Part shown: positions 1 through 11,358 of the stretch, one piece after another
Numbering within the stretch: the stretch's first letter is position 1
Layout of the letters: each line of letters opens with the position of its first letter
NCBI GenBank assembly: GCA_951406725.2
Contig: OX597814.1
Span: forward strand, 208,382,001 to 208,446,000
Source of the DNA: Octopus vulgaris
Taxonomy: Eukaryota
Reading direction: 5' to 3'
DNA length: 64,000 nucleotides
Notes under the pieces: model-generated
The model's input: only the letters and a program-made list of their open reading frames with translations
Told to the model about the DNA's origin: nothing
The model's database searches: none
Made by a program: the position numbers and the translations under genes

Positions 1-816
1 CAACAGGAACTCTTATCGTCATAACCGACGGAGTGCCACGTATATATATATATATATACACATACGCACACATACACACACATACACACATGCCTACATA
101 CACACATGCATATATGTGCTTGTGCAGGAAAACATGCACGTGCATACACAAACACACACACAGTGAGAGAAAGAGAGATAATTGGTATTTCCTTCTTTTC
201 AGCATTTCTGTATGAAAATTTCTATTAATTTTCTTGGAAAACAATTATTGCTCTAAATTACTCATTGCTTATTAAATATAATTTTCGTGTTTGTTTCATG
301 AAAATATAATTTTCACAAGGATATCATAAATATCAAAATACTATTGCAATATTCATATTAAGAAGAAAGGGAAAAATATTTTTCCAGGATGAATTATTTT
401 ACATTTTCAATTATTAGATTATTGTTGAGTGTTGGGCCTCATGGAGGCAGAGTGACTGAGTTCCTTTTATAGAACTGTGCACTTTGGCTGCTGTGTGCAT
501 GCTCACATGTCCTAGATAGGAAGCTTCATGCTAGGGAGAGAGAGCACTGTCGTTCAAACAGTGCTGGTGCAAGGTAGTGTTTCTTTTTGAAACTCGTGTG
601 TTGTGTTGTGCTTAAAAGTGTGTTTATATTCTTGAATGATAAAATGTAGAATTAGATTATTATCTTGCTTCCAGCTTCAGTGTTGCTGCCAGGATTTGAA
701 AAATAGGGTAGATTTTCCCCCCTTAGTTTGTGATTTAGGGGGCAAAAAGATGAAAGGCACAACTGACTTCAGCAGAATTTGAACCCAGAACATGAAGATG
801 GACAAAATGCCCCTAA

Positions 817-1224
817 GCGCAGGAGTGGCTGTGTGGTAAGTAGCTTGCTTACCAACCACATGGTTCTGGGTTCAGTCCCACTGCATGACATCTTGGGCAA
901 GTGTCTTCTGCTATAGCCCCGGGTTGACCAATGCCTTGTGAGTGAATTTGGTAGACGGAAACTGAAAGAAGCCCATCGTATATATGTATATATATATATA
1001 TATGTGTGTGTGTGTATGTGTTTGTGTGTCTGTGTTTGTCCCCCCAACATTGCTTGACAACCGATGCTGGTGTGTTTATGTCTCTGTAACTTAGCGGTTT
1101 GGCAAAAGAAACCGATAGAATAAGTACTGGGCTTACAAAGAATAAGTCCCGGGGTCGATTTGCTCATCTAAAGGCGGTGCTCCAGCATGGCCACAGTCAA
1201 ATGACTGAAACAAGTATAAGAGTA
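817..1224 (+). mobile_element. tRNA-derived SINE family A (~400 bp), nested in an old family-C SINE
   Basis: Head gcgcaggagtggctgtgtggtaag...ggttcagtccc (A/B-box-like), CORE-like ttgggcaagtgtcttc, internal (TA)/(TG) tract, tail ggcggtgctccagcatggcc.cagtcaaatgactgaaacaag; short TSD taagc. Possibly an Octopus OR/OK-type SINE (from memory). Confidence 0.85.
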
Positions 1225-1607
1225 TAAGCATTTTTCCCTGCATGCTAACAATTCTGCCACCTCAAGGCCTTTATATACACCTACTTATTAATTCTACATC
1301 AATATATATAATTCTAGTTTTGTACGAAAATAAATCTGAGAAAATACCCAGATGAAAACAAGTGCAGGATTGCTAATTTTGACCTATTTGTGTCTCATTC
1401 TGCTTCAGTGCTATATGAGCAATATTAGATTTTTTTTTCCCAATTAGATATTTTATATATTCATCAACATCCATCAATATCAGTTTGTTTGAGACGGTAG
1501 TCATCTTTCTGACTACAACATTGTCTAGATAAAGTCTAAAAATATAATTGTATACAGAATTAATTCTTGTAATCAATGGTTTTGTTCCATATATTTTCTT
1601 CACATAT

Positions 1608-2008
1608 TCTCTTTACTCTTTTACTTGTTTCAGTCATTTGACTGCGGCCATGCTGGAGCACCGCCTTTAGTCAAGCAAATCGACCCCGGGACTTATTCTT
1701 TGTAAGCCCAGTACTTATTCTATCTTTTGCCGAACCGCTAAGTGACGGGGACATAAACACACCAGCATCGGTTGTCAAGCAATGCTAGAGGGACAAGCAC
1801 AGACACACAAACATATACATACACATACATACATATACATATATACGACAGGCTTCTTTCAGTTTCCGTCTACCAAATCCACTCACAAGGCATTGGTCGG
1901 CCCGAGGTTATAGCAGAAGACACTTGCCCAAGATGCCACACAGTGGGACTGAACCCAGAACCATGTGGTTGGTAGGCAAGCTACTTACCACACAGCCACT
2001 CCTGCGCC
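1608..2008 (-). mobile_element. SINE family A
   Basis: Full reverse-complement copy of the element at 817. Confidence 0.88.
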
Positions 2009-2241
2009 TTCTATATGTATAGAAAATTTATTATATAGGTAGTTCCTATAATATATGTATATCCACAGAAAGATATGTGTATATCTCTCTACTGGTTAAC
2101 CAATTCATTTCTCAACATCAGGGTTCTGTCAATATTATTGAAATATTTCATCATTTCTATATATAACTTATGATATTCCTCTTGAAAAGCAGTCTGAATG
2201 TATTTTTCACTGTCATTCTATGAAAGTATTTCTCGGTGATA

Positions 2242-2641
2242 TCTTTATATATAAAAGTGAAGTTGTGTGTCTGTCTCCTACGATTTAGATTCCTAAATAC
2301 TCCCACATTTTGCGGTGCAGTTTAACCAAAACCGGGTATCTTATAGTCGTGATTCATATCGAGCCCTTCTGGGTATTAGCACGCGTCTATGATGAGTCTA
2401 CGATTTTAAAAATAATTTACCATCATTTTTTTCCCTTTTAATGCATTTTTTTCGCTATTATATAAGGGAAGTAACTCTCTAAAAATTTCTATGATGAGTC
2501 AACGACTTAAAAAAAAATTTACCATAATTTTTTTTCCATTTTTAATGCATTTTTTTTGCTATTTTTTGGCTATAACTCTCTAAAAATGCTTATATAGTTA
2601 TTTCCCTTACAAACCCGAGCAACGCCGGGCGATACTGCTAG
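2242..2641 (+). mobile_element. Non-autonomous Helitron (family D)
   Basis: Starts TCTTTATATATAAAAG after an A. Ends with the GC hairpin cccgagcaacgccggg followed by CTAG and a T (A|T insertion, no TSD). Three copies in the window. Confidence 0.85.
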
Positions 2642-3254
2642 TACAATATAAAGTGACCGCTTCATTTTCTTAGTCCATTTCTGGTCAATTTTATAGTTCA
2701 ACCACCTACTACATATTGTGTGACTAAACAAGTCATTGTTAGTGATTCAAGTGCAGCTGACAAGCTGAATAGTCACCAAAACATCTAGATTTGCTGCAAG
2801 GTAACTTGCAATAGGTATTTCATATTTTCTTTACGTCATCTATTTTGAAATCCGTTCTTCCTATTTGTTTAATTCTTATAGACATCAAGTCATAGAATCA
2901 ATGTCCTGTTAAGATTTATTGTGTATTCTCAGTGATTAAATAACTCTCTTAGATGAGCTAAAACTGTACTACCATGGTTCATGTACATATCTACTACTAC
3001 TACTACTGTTGCTGCTCTACATTTTGTATTGAACACTCTGTGTTTTTATAGATAATATATCGAACAATGTATTAAGAAATACCTATATTAAAATCACACC
3101 CATAACAGAGCTCTACTTATTTGCAGAACAAACTATAGATAAATTGATGGAGATGTGTATAATAGTTTATATTAATTGATTGATTTTGATTTTTTGATTT
3201 TTCCAGTTTCAGCTAATGAGCTGTGGCCATGCTGGGGCACCACCATTTGTGGTG

Positions 3255-3412
3255 AAAGAGTACAGCAGGGATCACCACCCCCTGCCGGAGCCTCGTGGAG
3301 CTTTTAGGTGTTTTCGCTCAATAGACACTCACAACGCCCGGTCTGGGAATCGAAACCGCGATCCTGCGACCGCGAGTCCGCTGCCCTAACCACTAGGCCA
3401 TTGCACCTCCAC
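3255..3412 (-). mobile_element. tRNA-headed SINE family F, 5' part
   Basis: Reverse complement gtggaggtgcaatggcctagtggttagggcagcggactcgcgg...ggtttcgattcccagaccggg; same family as 60474. Confidence 0.75.
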
Positions 3413-4074
3413 AATTGTATATGTCATCTATTGTATATTTGATTGTATATATTGATTGTATATTTATTGTAAGAAACTCCTTCCAAACAAGATTTCTGAA
3501 TAAGATTATGGAAAAAAATAAAGAAAAAAATGAAACAGCAGTACATTTCAGACCATTCAGTAATATTGAACAGCCCTGAAATATAAGTATACCTGTTACA
3601 TAATCAAGTTCTTATTTTATCTTTGCTGATGATTGTACAACACTACGTGAAACCCATGAGGACAAAGTATAACATCAATCATCATCATTGTTATTTAATG
3701 TCCATTTTCCATGCTGGCATGGGTTGGACAGTTTAGCAGGAGCTTATAAGGCCTGGGGCTCCACCAGGCTCCATTGTCTCTTTTGACATGGTTTCTATGG
3801 CTGGATGCCCTTCCTAATGCCAGCCACTTTACAGAGTGTTTCCAACAAAACTAATATTTGTACTTATGCTTGTGCCAGGTAATGAGAGATTAAAGTAGAA
3901 TAAGGGGAACATGAACAAATATCTTGTTGAAGAGGAGATACATAGATACCCAAACTAGAAAAAGGGAAATGGTGGTAATGAGGTGTCAGGTGTACCCTCA
4001 GATTACAGGAAGGTATATATAAGTGAAGCAGAGCAATAAATTAGATGGGATGAGTGGATATTTAAATTCACAAG

Positions 4075-4490
4075 GTGGCTGTGTGGTAAGTAGCTTGCTT
4101 ACCAACCACATGGTTCCGGGTTCAGTCCCACTGTGTGGCATCTTGGGCAAGTGTCTTCTACTATAGCCTCGGGCCGACCAAAGCCTTGTGAGTGGATTTG
4201 GTAGACGGAAACTGAAAGAAGCCTGTTGTATATATGTATATATATATATATATGTGTGTGTGTGTGCGTGTATGTTTGTGTTTGTCCCCTAGCATTGCTT
4301 GACAACCGATGCTGGTGTGTTTATGTCCCCGTCACTTAGCGGCTCGGCAAAAGAGACCGATAGAATAAGTACTGGGCTTACAAAGAATAAGTCCCGTGGT
4401 CGATTTGCTCGACTAAAGGCGGTGCTCCAGCATGGCCGCAGTCAAATGACTGAAACAAGTAAAAGAGTAAAGAGTAAAAGAGAAAGAGAG
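4075..4490 (+). mobile_element. SINE family A with a long flanking direct repeat
   Basis: Family A body; 27-bp exact direct repeat at 4048-4074 and 4505-4531. Confidence 0.88.
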
Positions 4491-5139
4491 CATTAGATTG
4501 GATAGGATGAGTGGATATTTAAATTCACAAGAGTGTGAAAGGAGAGTGGCAGATGGATAGAGATGGGGATAGATGTGATTTCAGTGAATGGTAGACACAT
4601 GATGAGGCACGGTCAATGGTGAATATCAGTTTTAGAGTTAGTTTAATCATCAACCATTTGCTCATATGCAAGCTTATAATGAAAATATATGCAAATTTTA
4701 AAAGAGGCTTTTGTTCTTTTTGCTATCTTGTACACTTATATTTTTCCAGATATGGTGATCATTTGTTGCATATGTTTTAAGGTGTTATGTTCTATATGCA
4801 GTAATCCAAATTCAATCCTATTTTGATCCAGATGGGTTGGTACAAATCCTACCATTCCCAGTAATAATAAGTATAAAGCTGTAAGTATTTATAGGTTAGT
4901 GGATTTGCTGACTCTTCTGCAATGATCCATAAAAGTCTTCACAACTGTATCCTTCTGACCAGATTGATGTGAAGTAAGCAGTTGATTTCCTCAACAGATC
5001 ATGTTATTTTTTTGTGAACTTAGACATCAATTTCAGGTCTGTCCATATGTATGCATGTACACACACTTGTATGTATGTATGTATGTATGTATGTATGTAT
5101 GTATGTATGTATGTGTGTGTGTGTATGTATGTATGTATG

Positions 5140-5508
5140 TCAGTCATTGTTCAGTTTTATTTCAAGATTTCTTGCCAATAAAGAAAGAGCTGGTTTCTAA
5201 CCTTGATTCAAGGCTCCTTCATTGGAATTTCAATATCAAATGTATGTATGTATGTATGTATATGTGCAGATTTGTATGTTTTACTTTATGTATGTATTCT
5301 CATGCATATCTGGACATGCTCATATATTTAAGTGATAAACTTCTGGAAAGTTTTACAGATTTTTACAGTTCCAGTGATGGATTGGATCTGTAGTCTTTGA
5401 ATTAACTTTCTTCTTTCTGGTTTTGAGAAACTTAATTTCTCAAGATTGGTGTTCAAGCAGTGTGTAACATATCCCAGAGCCCCAATAATTACAGGTAAAA
5501 ACTTGGTA
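5140..5508 (-). mobile_element. R4/Dong-type (restriction-like endonuclease) LINE 3' fragment in (ACAT)n
   Basis: KFLPVIIGALGYVTHCLNTNLEKL...LQIQSITGTVKICKTF* resembles the C-terminus of RLE LINEs. The 3'UTR runs into (ACAT)n, and (TATG)n lies on both sides. Confidence 0.65.
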
Positions 5509-5635
5509 CGTATGCATACATACATGTATGCATTCGTGCATCTATACATACATTATGTATGTATGTATATGTGCATATTTATGTGTGTATGTATGCATGT
5601 ACATACATACATACATTCATATATATATATATACT

Positions 5636-5849
5636 CAAAATAAGCAACAAGAATGACTCCGGTAATTTGGTACGATCGTTTCGTACTACATCATTTTATT
5701 AAATGTTGTATTACAACAAATTACCAAAGTCATTCTTGTTGCTTATTTTGATTATAATCACCCCAAGGATTTTTATGGATAACACCATACAGAATTCTGG
5801 TGCATCTAAATCAAGTACCATATTCATTTGAATCTAAATTTTTACTGAA

Positions 5850-5852
<3 letters not shown>
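5636..5852. repeat. (TA)n-flanked repeat with a terminal fold-back (Penelope-like?); second copy at 42885-43032
   Basis: caaaataagcaacaagaatgact...agtcattcttgttgcttattttg inverted pair; the body is shared with 42885-43032. Confidence 0.65.
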
Positions 5853-5889
<37 letters not shown>

Positions 5890-5956
5890 TTACAGGTTTA
5901 TCTTTGTGATTTCTCACCAATAGAAAAAAGAATTGACTTTTGATATGCACATGCAT

Positions 5957-6010
<54 letters not shown>

Positions 6011-6192
6011 ACACACACAGTGTTTTTCAGTTTTCGTCAATCAAATCCATTCACAAGGCCTAGGGTTAGTTCGCCTAGGGCTATAGTAGAAGGCACTTGC
6101 TCAAGATGCCACACAGTAAGATTGAACCAGGAACCGTGTGACCGGGAAGCAAACATCCAAACCACATAGCCATGTTTCTGTTTAAATATATA

Positions 6193-6586
6193 TCTTTATA
6201 TATAAAAGTGAAGTTGTGTGTCTGTCTCCTACGATTTAGATTCCTAACTACTCCCACATTTTGCGGTGCAGTGTAACCAAAAGGCAGGTATCTTATAGTC
6301 GTGATTCATATCGAGCCCTTCTGGGTATTAGCACGCGTCTACGATGAGTCTACGATTTTAAAAATAATTTACCATCATTTTTTTCCATTTTAATGCATTT
6401 TTTTTCACTAAGGGAAGTAACTCTCTAAAAATGTCTACGATGAGTCAATGATTTAAAAAAAATTTACCATAATTTTTTTTCCATTTTTAATGCATTTTTT
6501 TTGCTATTTTTTGGCTATAACTCTCTAAACATGCTTATATAGTTATTTCCCTTACAAACCCGAGCAACGCCGGGCGATACTGCTAG
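6193..6586 (+). mobile_element. Non-autonomous Helitron (family D)
   Basis: TC...hairpin...CTAG with A|T flanks; near-identical to the 2242 copy; ends 40 bp from the exon 4 donor. Confidence 0.85.
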
Positions 6587-6626
6587 TTATGGATATAATT
6601 AAAATCAAAGAAACATTATTACTTAC

Positions 6627-6857
6627 TATCTTTAGAAAACTCTTCCAACATTTCACGTCCACTAGCATATCTGCTGTGTGTGAATTTGTCCATTTTCTCC
6701 ACTTCCGAATATGTCTGGCAAAAGCTTTTAGCAAAGTGGAACTCTCCTTCAGCCGGATCCCACCAGCCGTATTTCTCAGCATGTTCTTTGGTCCCTTCGG
6801 CCAGCTCATCATAGTCGGTTCCAATGGTCAGAATGTTGGATAGGTTTCTCAAGCCAG
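6627..6857 (-). CDS. SCRN: Secernin coding exon 4
   Basis: (S)GLRNLSNILTIGTDYD...HAEKYGWWDPAEGEFHFAKSF...RYASGREMLEEFSKD, resembling the secernin GWW...EFxF segment. Acceptor atatttcag|CT completes T+CT Ser; donor A|gtaagt (phase 1); 231 nt. Confidence 0.92.
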
Positions 6858-6920
6858 CTGAAATATTGAAACAGCATTTGTCAATGTATGAACTCATGTT
6901 TGTATATATGCATATTTATT

Positions 6921-6948
6921 TGTGTGTGTGTGTGTGTGTATGTGTGTT

Positions 6949-7001
<53 letters not shown>

Positions 7002-7054
7002 GCGTGAGTGAATGTAATTATATATGTGGATATATAACTACATCTATCTATCTT

Positions 7055-7099
<45 letters not shown>

Positions 7100-7120
7100 A
7101 TATATATAGATATATCTACC

Positions 7121-7215
<95 letters not shown>

Positions 7216-7222
7216 ATATCTA

Positions 7223-7281
<59 letters not shown>

Positions 7282-7285
7282 GTCA
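6921..7285. repeat. Compound microsatellite (GT)n/(TATC)n/(TCTG)n
   Basis: Read directly from the sequence. Confidence 0.95.
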
Positions 7286-7292
7286 GCCTAAG

Positions 7293-7580
7293 CATCATCC
7301 GAATCGTAGCCGAAGCCAGTGCCGCCTTGACTGGCTTCCATAAAATGCACCAATCCGACCATGGCCGTTGCCAGCCTCGCCTGGCCCCAGTGCAGGTGGC
7401 ACGTAAAAAGCACCCACGACATTCACGGAGTGGTTGGCGTTAGGAAGGGCATCCAGCTGTAGAAACTTTGCCAGATAAGACCAAAGCCTGGTGCAGCCTT
7501 CTGGCTTCCCAGATCCCCGGTCGAACCGTCCAACCCATGCTAGCATGGAGAACGGACGTTAAACGATGATGATGATGATA
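7293..7580 (+). mobile_element. Family B: RTE-LINE 3' end with (GAT)n tail
   Basis: ggcacgtaaaaagcaccc...ggttggcgttaggaagggcatccagctgtagaaac...tccaacccatgctagcatgg...cggacgttaaacgatgatgat. About 20 copies, including 13495-13837(+), 17500-17628(+), 26384-26535(-), 30907-31070(-), 32269-32406(+), 55120-55428(+). Confidence 0.8.
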
Positions 7581-8140
7581 TATATACATACACACACATC
7601 ATCATCAGTTGTCAAGTGATGGGGGAGAGCGAACACACACACACACACACATATGTTTATGTATATACATACTCATATATACATGATGGTCTTCTTTCAG
7701 CTTCTATCTACTAAATCCACTCACAGAGCTTTGGTCGGCCTGAGGCTATAGTAAAAGACATTTGTTAAGGTGCCATGCAGTGGGACTGAACCCGGAACTA
7801 TGTGGTCGGGAAGCAAGCTTCTTACCACACAGCCATGCCTGCTCCTATGTGATCTGATTTAATGTATTTTTTTTTAATTCTGAAGAAGCGATCTAGTTTT
7901 GGCAATGTCTTTGAATACATTTAGAGTTAACAAACAGGTTAAAGATAATGCATGTTTGAGACTGAGCTATCTTGATTTTAATTATTTAAATAGATGTAAG
8001 TGTGATAAATGTTTTGCTATTTCTTTGACAGAGGAAAATCATTGGTGTACTTAGAAGGTCTGTGAAGGATAAATAAGTGTCCATTGAGTGAACAATAAGT
8101 GGGGTAATTTAGATAAAAAAAAAAAATTAAAATATAGAAT

Positions 8141-8558
8141 GGCGCAGGAGTGGCTGTGTGGTAAGTAGCTTGCTAACCAGCCACATGGTTCCGGGTTCAG
8201 TCCCACTGCGTGGCATCTTGGGCAAGTGTCTTCTGCTATAGCCCCGGGCCGACCAATGCCTTGTGAGTGGATTTGGTAGACGGAAACTGAAAGAAGCCTG
8301 TCGTATATATGTATATATATATATATAAGTGTGTGTGTATATGTTTGTGTGTCTGTGTTTGTCCCCCTAGCATTGCTTGACAACCGATGCTGGTGTGTTT
8401 ACGTCTCCGTAACTTAGCGGTTCGGCAAAAAGAGACTGATAGAATAAGTACTGGGCTTACAAAGAATAAGTCCCAGGGTCGATTTGCTCGACTAAAGGCG
8501 GTGCTCCAGCATGGCTGCAGTCAAATGACTGAAACAAGTAAAAGAGTAAAAAGAGTAA
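8141..8558 (+). mobile_element. SINE family A
   Basis: Full-length copy with a (gtaaaaga)n tail. Confidence 0.9.
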
Positions 8559-8815
8559 TGGGAATAATGAGAAACAACAACAGAATGTTTGTTGACAGAA
8601 CAAAGAATCAATAATAGAACAAAGTAAAAGCAAGATTATTCATACACCAATCCAACTCTTTCCATTGTAGAGGCTTACACGCATATGTACATACATGTAT
8701 AAAGAAATATGTCTATACACATGCATGCACACACACACACACAGACACACACACACACACATACACACATGCATATATGTATACCCCCCCATATACACGC
8801 ATATATGTATACCCC

Positions 8816-9043
8816 GGCGAGCTGGCAGAAACGTTAGCACGCCGGGCGAAATGCGTAGCCGTATTTCGTCTGCCGTTACGTTGTGAGTTCAAATTCCGCC
8901 GAGGTCGACTTTGCCTTTCATCCTTCTGGGGTCGATAAATTAAGTACCAGTTACGCACTGGGGTTGATGTAATCGACTTAATCCGTTTGTCTGTCCTTGT
9001 TTGTCTCCTCTGTGTTTAGCCCCTTGTGGGTAGTAAAGAAATA
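8816..9043 (+). mobile_element. tRNA-derived SINE family C (~230 bp)
   Basis: ggcgagctggcagaaacgttagc (A-box-like)...gagttcaaattcc (B-box-like)...gactttgcctttcatcc...gtcgataaattaagtaccag...ccccttgtgggtagtaaagaaata; multiple copies. Confidence 0.82.
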
Positions 9044-9177
9044 TATATGTATACCCCCCCCACACATATACACACTCATGAATATGCAAAGGGTTAAAAC
9101 ATGGTGATACTGGAAATGGAGTTTTAAAAAATAATATTTTTAAATGTCTATAAAGAATTCCTGTTTTCCAGATGCCA

Positions 9178-9603
9178 TTCATCATCATCATCATCATCAT
9201 CATCATCGTTTAACGACCGCTTTCCATGCTAGCATGGGTTGGACGATTTTGACTGAGGACTGGCAAACCAGATGGCTGCACCAGGCTCCAGTCTTGATCT
9301 GGCAGAGTTTGTACAGCTGGATGCCCTTCCTAACGCCAACCACTCCGAGAGTGTAGTGGGTGCTTTTTATGTGCCACCGGCACGGGGGCCAGTCAGGCGA
9401 CACTGGCAATGACCTCGCTGGAATCTTTTTACACGTGCCAGTGAAGTGACGTTGGTAACGATCATGCTCGAATGGTGCCCTTTTATGTGCCACTGGCACA
9501 GAAGCCAGTTGGCTGCTCTGGCAACAATCACACTTGGATGGTGTTCTTGGCACCCTACTAGCACAGGCATAAGTACCAGTAAGGTGACGCTGGTAACGAT
9601 CAT
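9178..9603 (-). mobile_element. Family B (RTE 3' end)
   Basis: Reverse copy with an (ATC)n tail and repeated gtggcac.taaaa modules. Confidence 0.8.
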
Positions 9604-10509
9604 GTTTTTTATTTCATGTCAGTTGCCTACACCAAAATCTATCTGGCACTATTTTCACCCAACCTTTGATGTAGATTATTTGGGATTACATTTGGCTTTT
9701 CAAAGGAAGTTACTTCAAATTCCAAAGTCTGCTACTACCATTTCTATCCAGCTAAAAGTAGTCAAATACTTAGAGCACCTGGTGCTTAATTATATTTTTA
9801 CCTTGAAAATGATAAGCCATCTACCTATGAGCCAACTCTCTCTGTACTTAATTATAATCAATAAATGGAAAAAAATGAAAAAAAATTCTAGATTTTTGGC
9901 GTTCTTCTTTTCTTTTTCCTCATGGTAGGATCTTAACAGATTAAATATTAAATATCATTAACTCTAGCAATAATGTTAAATAGTATAAAAATGTGGAAAA
10001 TAACAGCTAAAACAAAAATAGCAGTAACAATAACAATAACAATAAAAACAACACCCAACAAAATATATAAAATATATATAGAGAAAATAACAGGCATAGT
10101 TTTAGAGGAGGGGATGATGGGAAAATATGGAAGAAGATGAGCGAGAATGTAAGATGATACTGTAACAGATAAGTTTAGTATGCTAAATGATTTAGATTAG
10201 ATTATCATCAATATGAATTCTGTAGAGTTGTTTTCTGACATATTTCAGTAAATTTAGAAAGTCATTATGTTATATGTGCTTTATTTCAGTTTAGCCAAAC
10301 CCAAGAGGCTTTATCATAAGCTCACTGTTTTTAACTTTACTTTGCTTCAATGAGTGCAAGTTTATTTAAGTATATTTATATCCTGTTATTTGAATATTAA
10401 TTTGTTTTTTACAAAGTCTCTAGATACCTAATATATTATCGTACAATAATGATTCTATTAATAATGTGGTCTTCTATTTTGCTTTTTAGTATCTGTTTAG
10501 TATCTGTCG

Positions 10510-10938
10510 GAATCGAAATTGAACCAATCCTATGACTGGCACCCGGCAGATGCCAGGACCCCTGGACTGGAGATACGTAAAAAGCACTATCCGAATCGTG
10601 GCCGATGCCAGCGCCGCCTCGACTGGCTTCCGTGTCGGTGGCAATTAAAAAGCACCATCCGAATCGTGGCCGAAGCCAGTGCCGCCTCAACTGGCTTCCG
10701 TGCAGGTGGCACATAAAATGCGCCAGCCTCGCCTGGCACCAGTGCAGGTGACACGTAAAAAGCACCCACTACACTCACGGAGTGGTTGGCGTTAGGAAGG
10801 GCATCCAGCTGTAGAAATATTGCCAGATAAGACCGGAGCCTGGTGCAGCCTTCTGGCTTCCCAGATTCCCGGTCGAACCGTCCAACCCATGCTAGCATGG
10901 AGAACGGACGTTAAACGATGATGATGATGATGATGATG
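10510..10938 (+). mobile_element. Family B (RTE 3' end) with tandem internal modules
   Basis: Repeated units aaaaagcacc.tccgaatcgtggccga.gccag.gccgcctc.actggcttccgtg upstream of the common tail. Confidence 0.8.
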
Positions 10939-11358
10939 TTTCCATGAATCTATTAGTTATAAACCTCTATAGAGTGTTATTTTGTTCATATCTAATATTT
11001 CTTTTTTTTTTTTCTGTTTAGTTAGAGAGAGCAGGGCAGAACCTCTGACCTTATATTTTTCAGACTCCTTGAGACTGAGAAGATGAAGAGAGGACATTAT
11101 CCTGAATCCGGAGACCTAGCCTGAGTGTTTGCATCAGAGTGGACTCTGCTAAAGGTTACCAAGAGCCAGCAGGTGGGGCTAAACAAGGAAATGGATTCAG
11201 TCTCCCACCCACAAATTCAGACAGAAAGAACTGGAACATATACGACAAGGCATCTCATCCAATGTTTTTACATCTCTGCCAATCCACTGCCCTGGACTGG
11301 TACTTTAGTTTATTGTCTCTAAAAGAATGGATAATGTATTATATATATATATATATAT

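Noticed and set aside
1352-1447. 31-aa signal-peptide-like ORF (MKTSAGLLILTYLCLILLQC...) on the plus strand
   Set aside because: Too short, hydrophobicity is expected from T-rich DNA, and no splice donor or homology supports it.
1772-1975. Recurring small ORFs MSSNARG...EDTCPRCHAVGLNPEPCGW resembling a peptide family
   Set aside because: They are antisense translations of SINE family A, and their frames break at the internal microsatellite.
2697-2812. Possible plus-strand exon (ttatag|...QPPTTYCVTKQ...|gtaact)
   Set aside because: In-frame stop, weak splice sites, no recognisable protein and no partner exons.
1-6626. Fifth secernin exon (expected MxxLRD...TTASMVS-like motifs)
   Set aside because: I found no matching minus-strand sequence; it is presumably beyond the left edge of the window.
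10575-10790. Regularly spaced gtggcacgtaaaaagcacc motifs resembling a CRISPR array
   Set aside because: The 'spacers' are homologous to each other, the context is eukaryotic, and there are no cas genes; these are tandem modules of family B.
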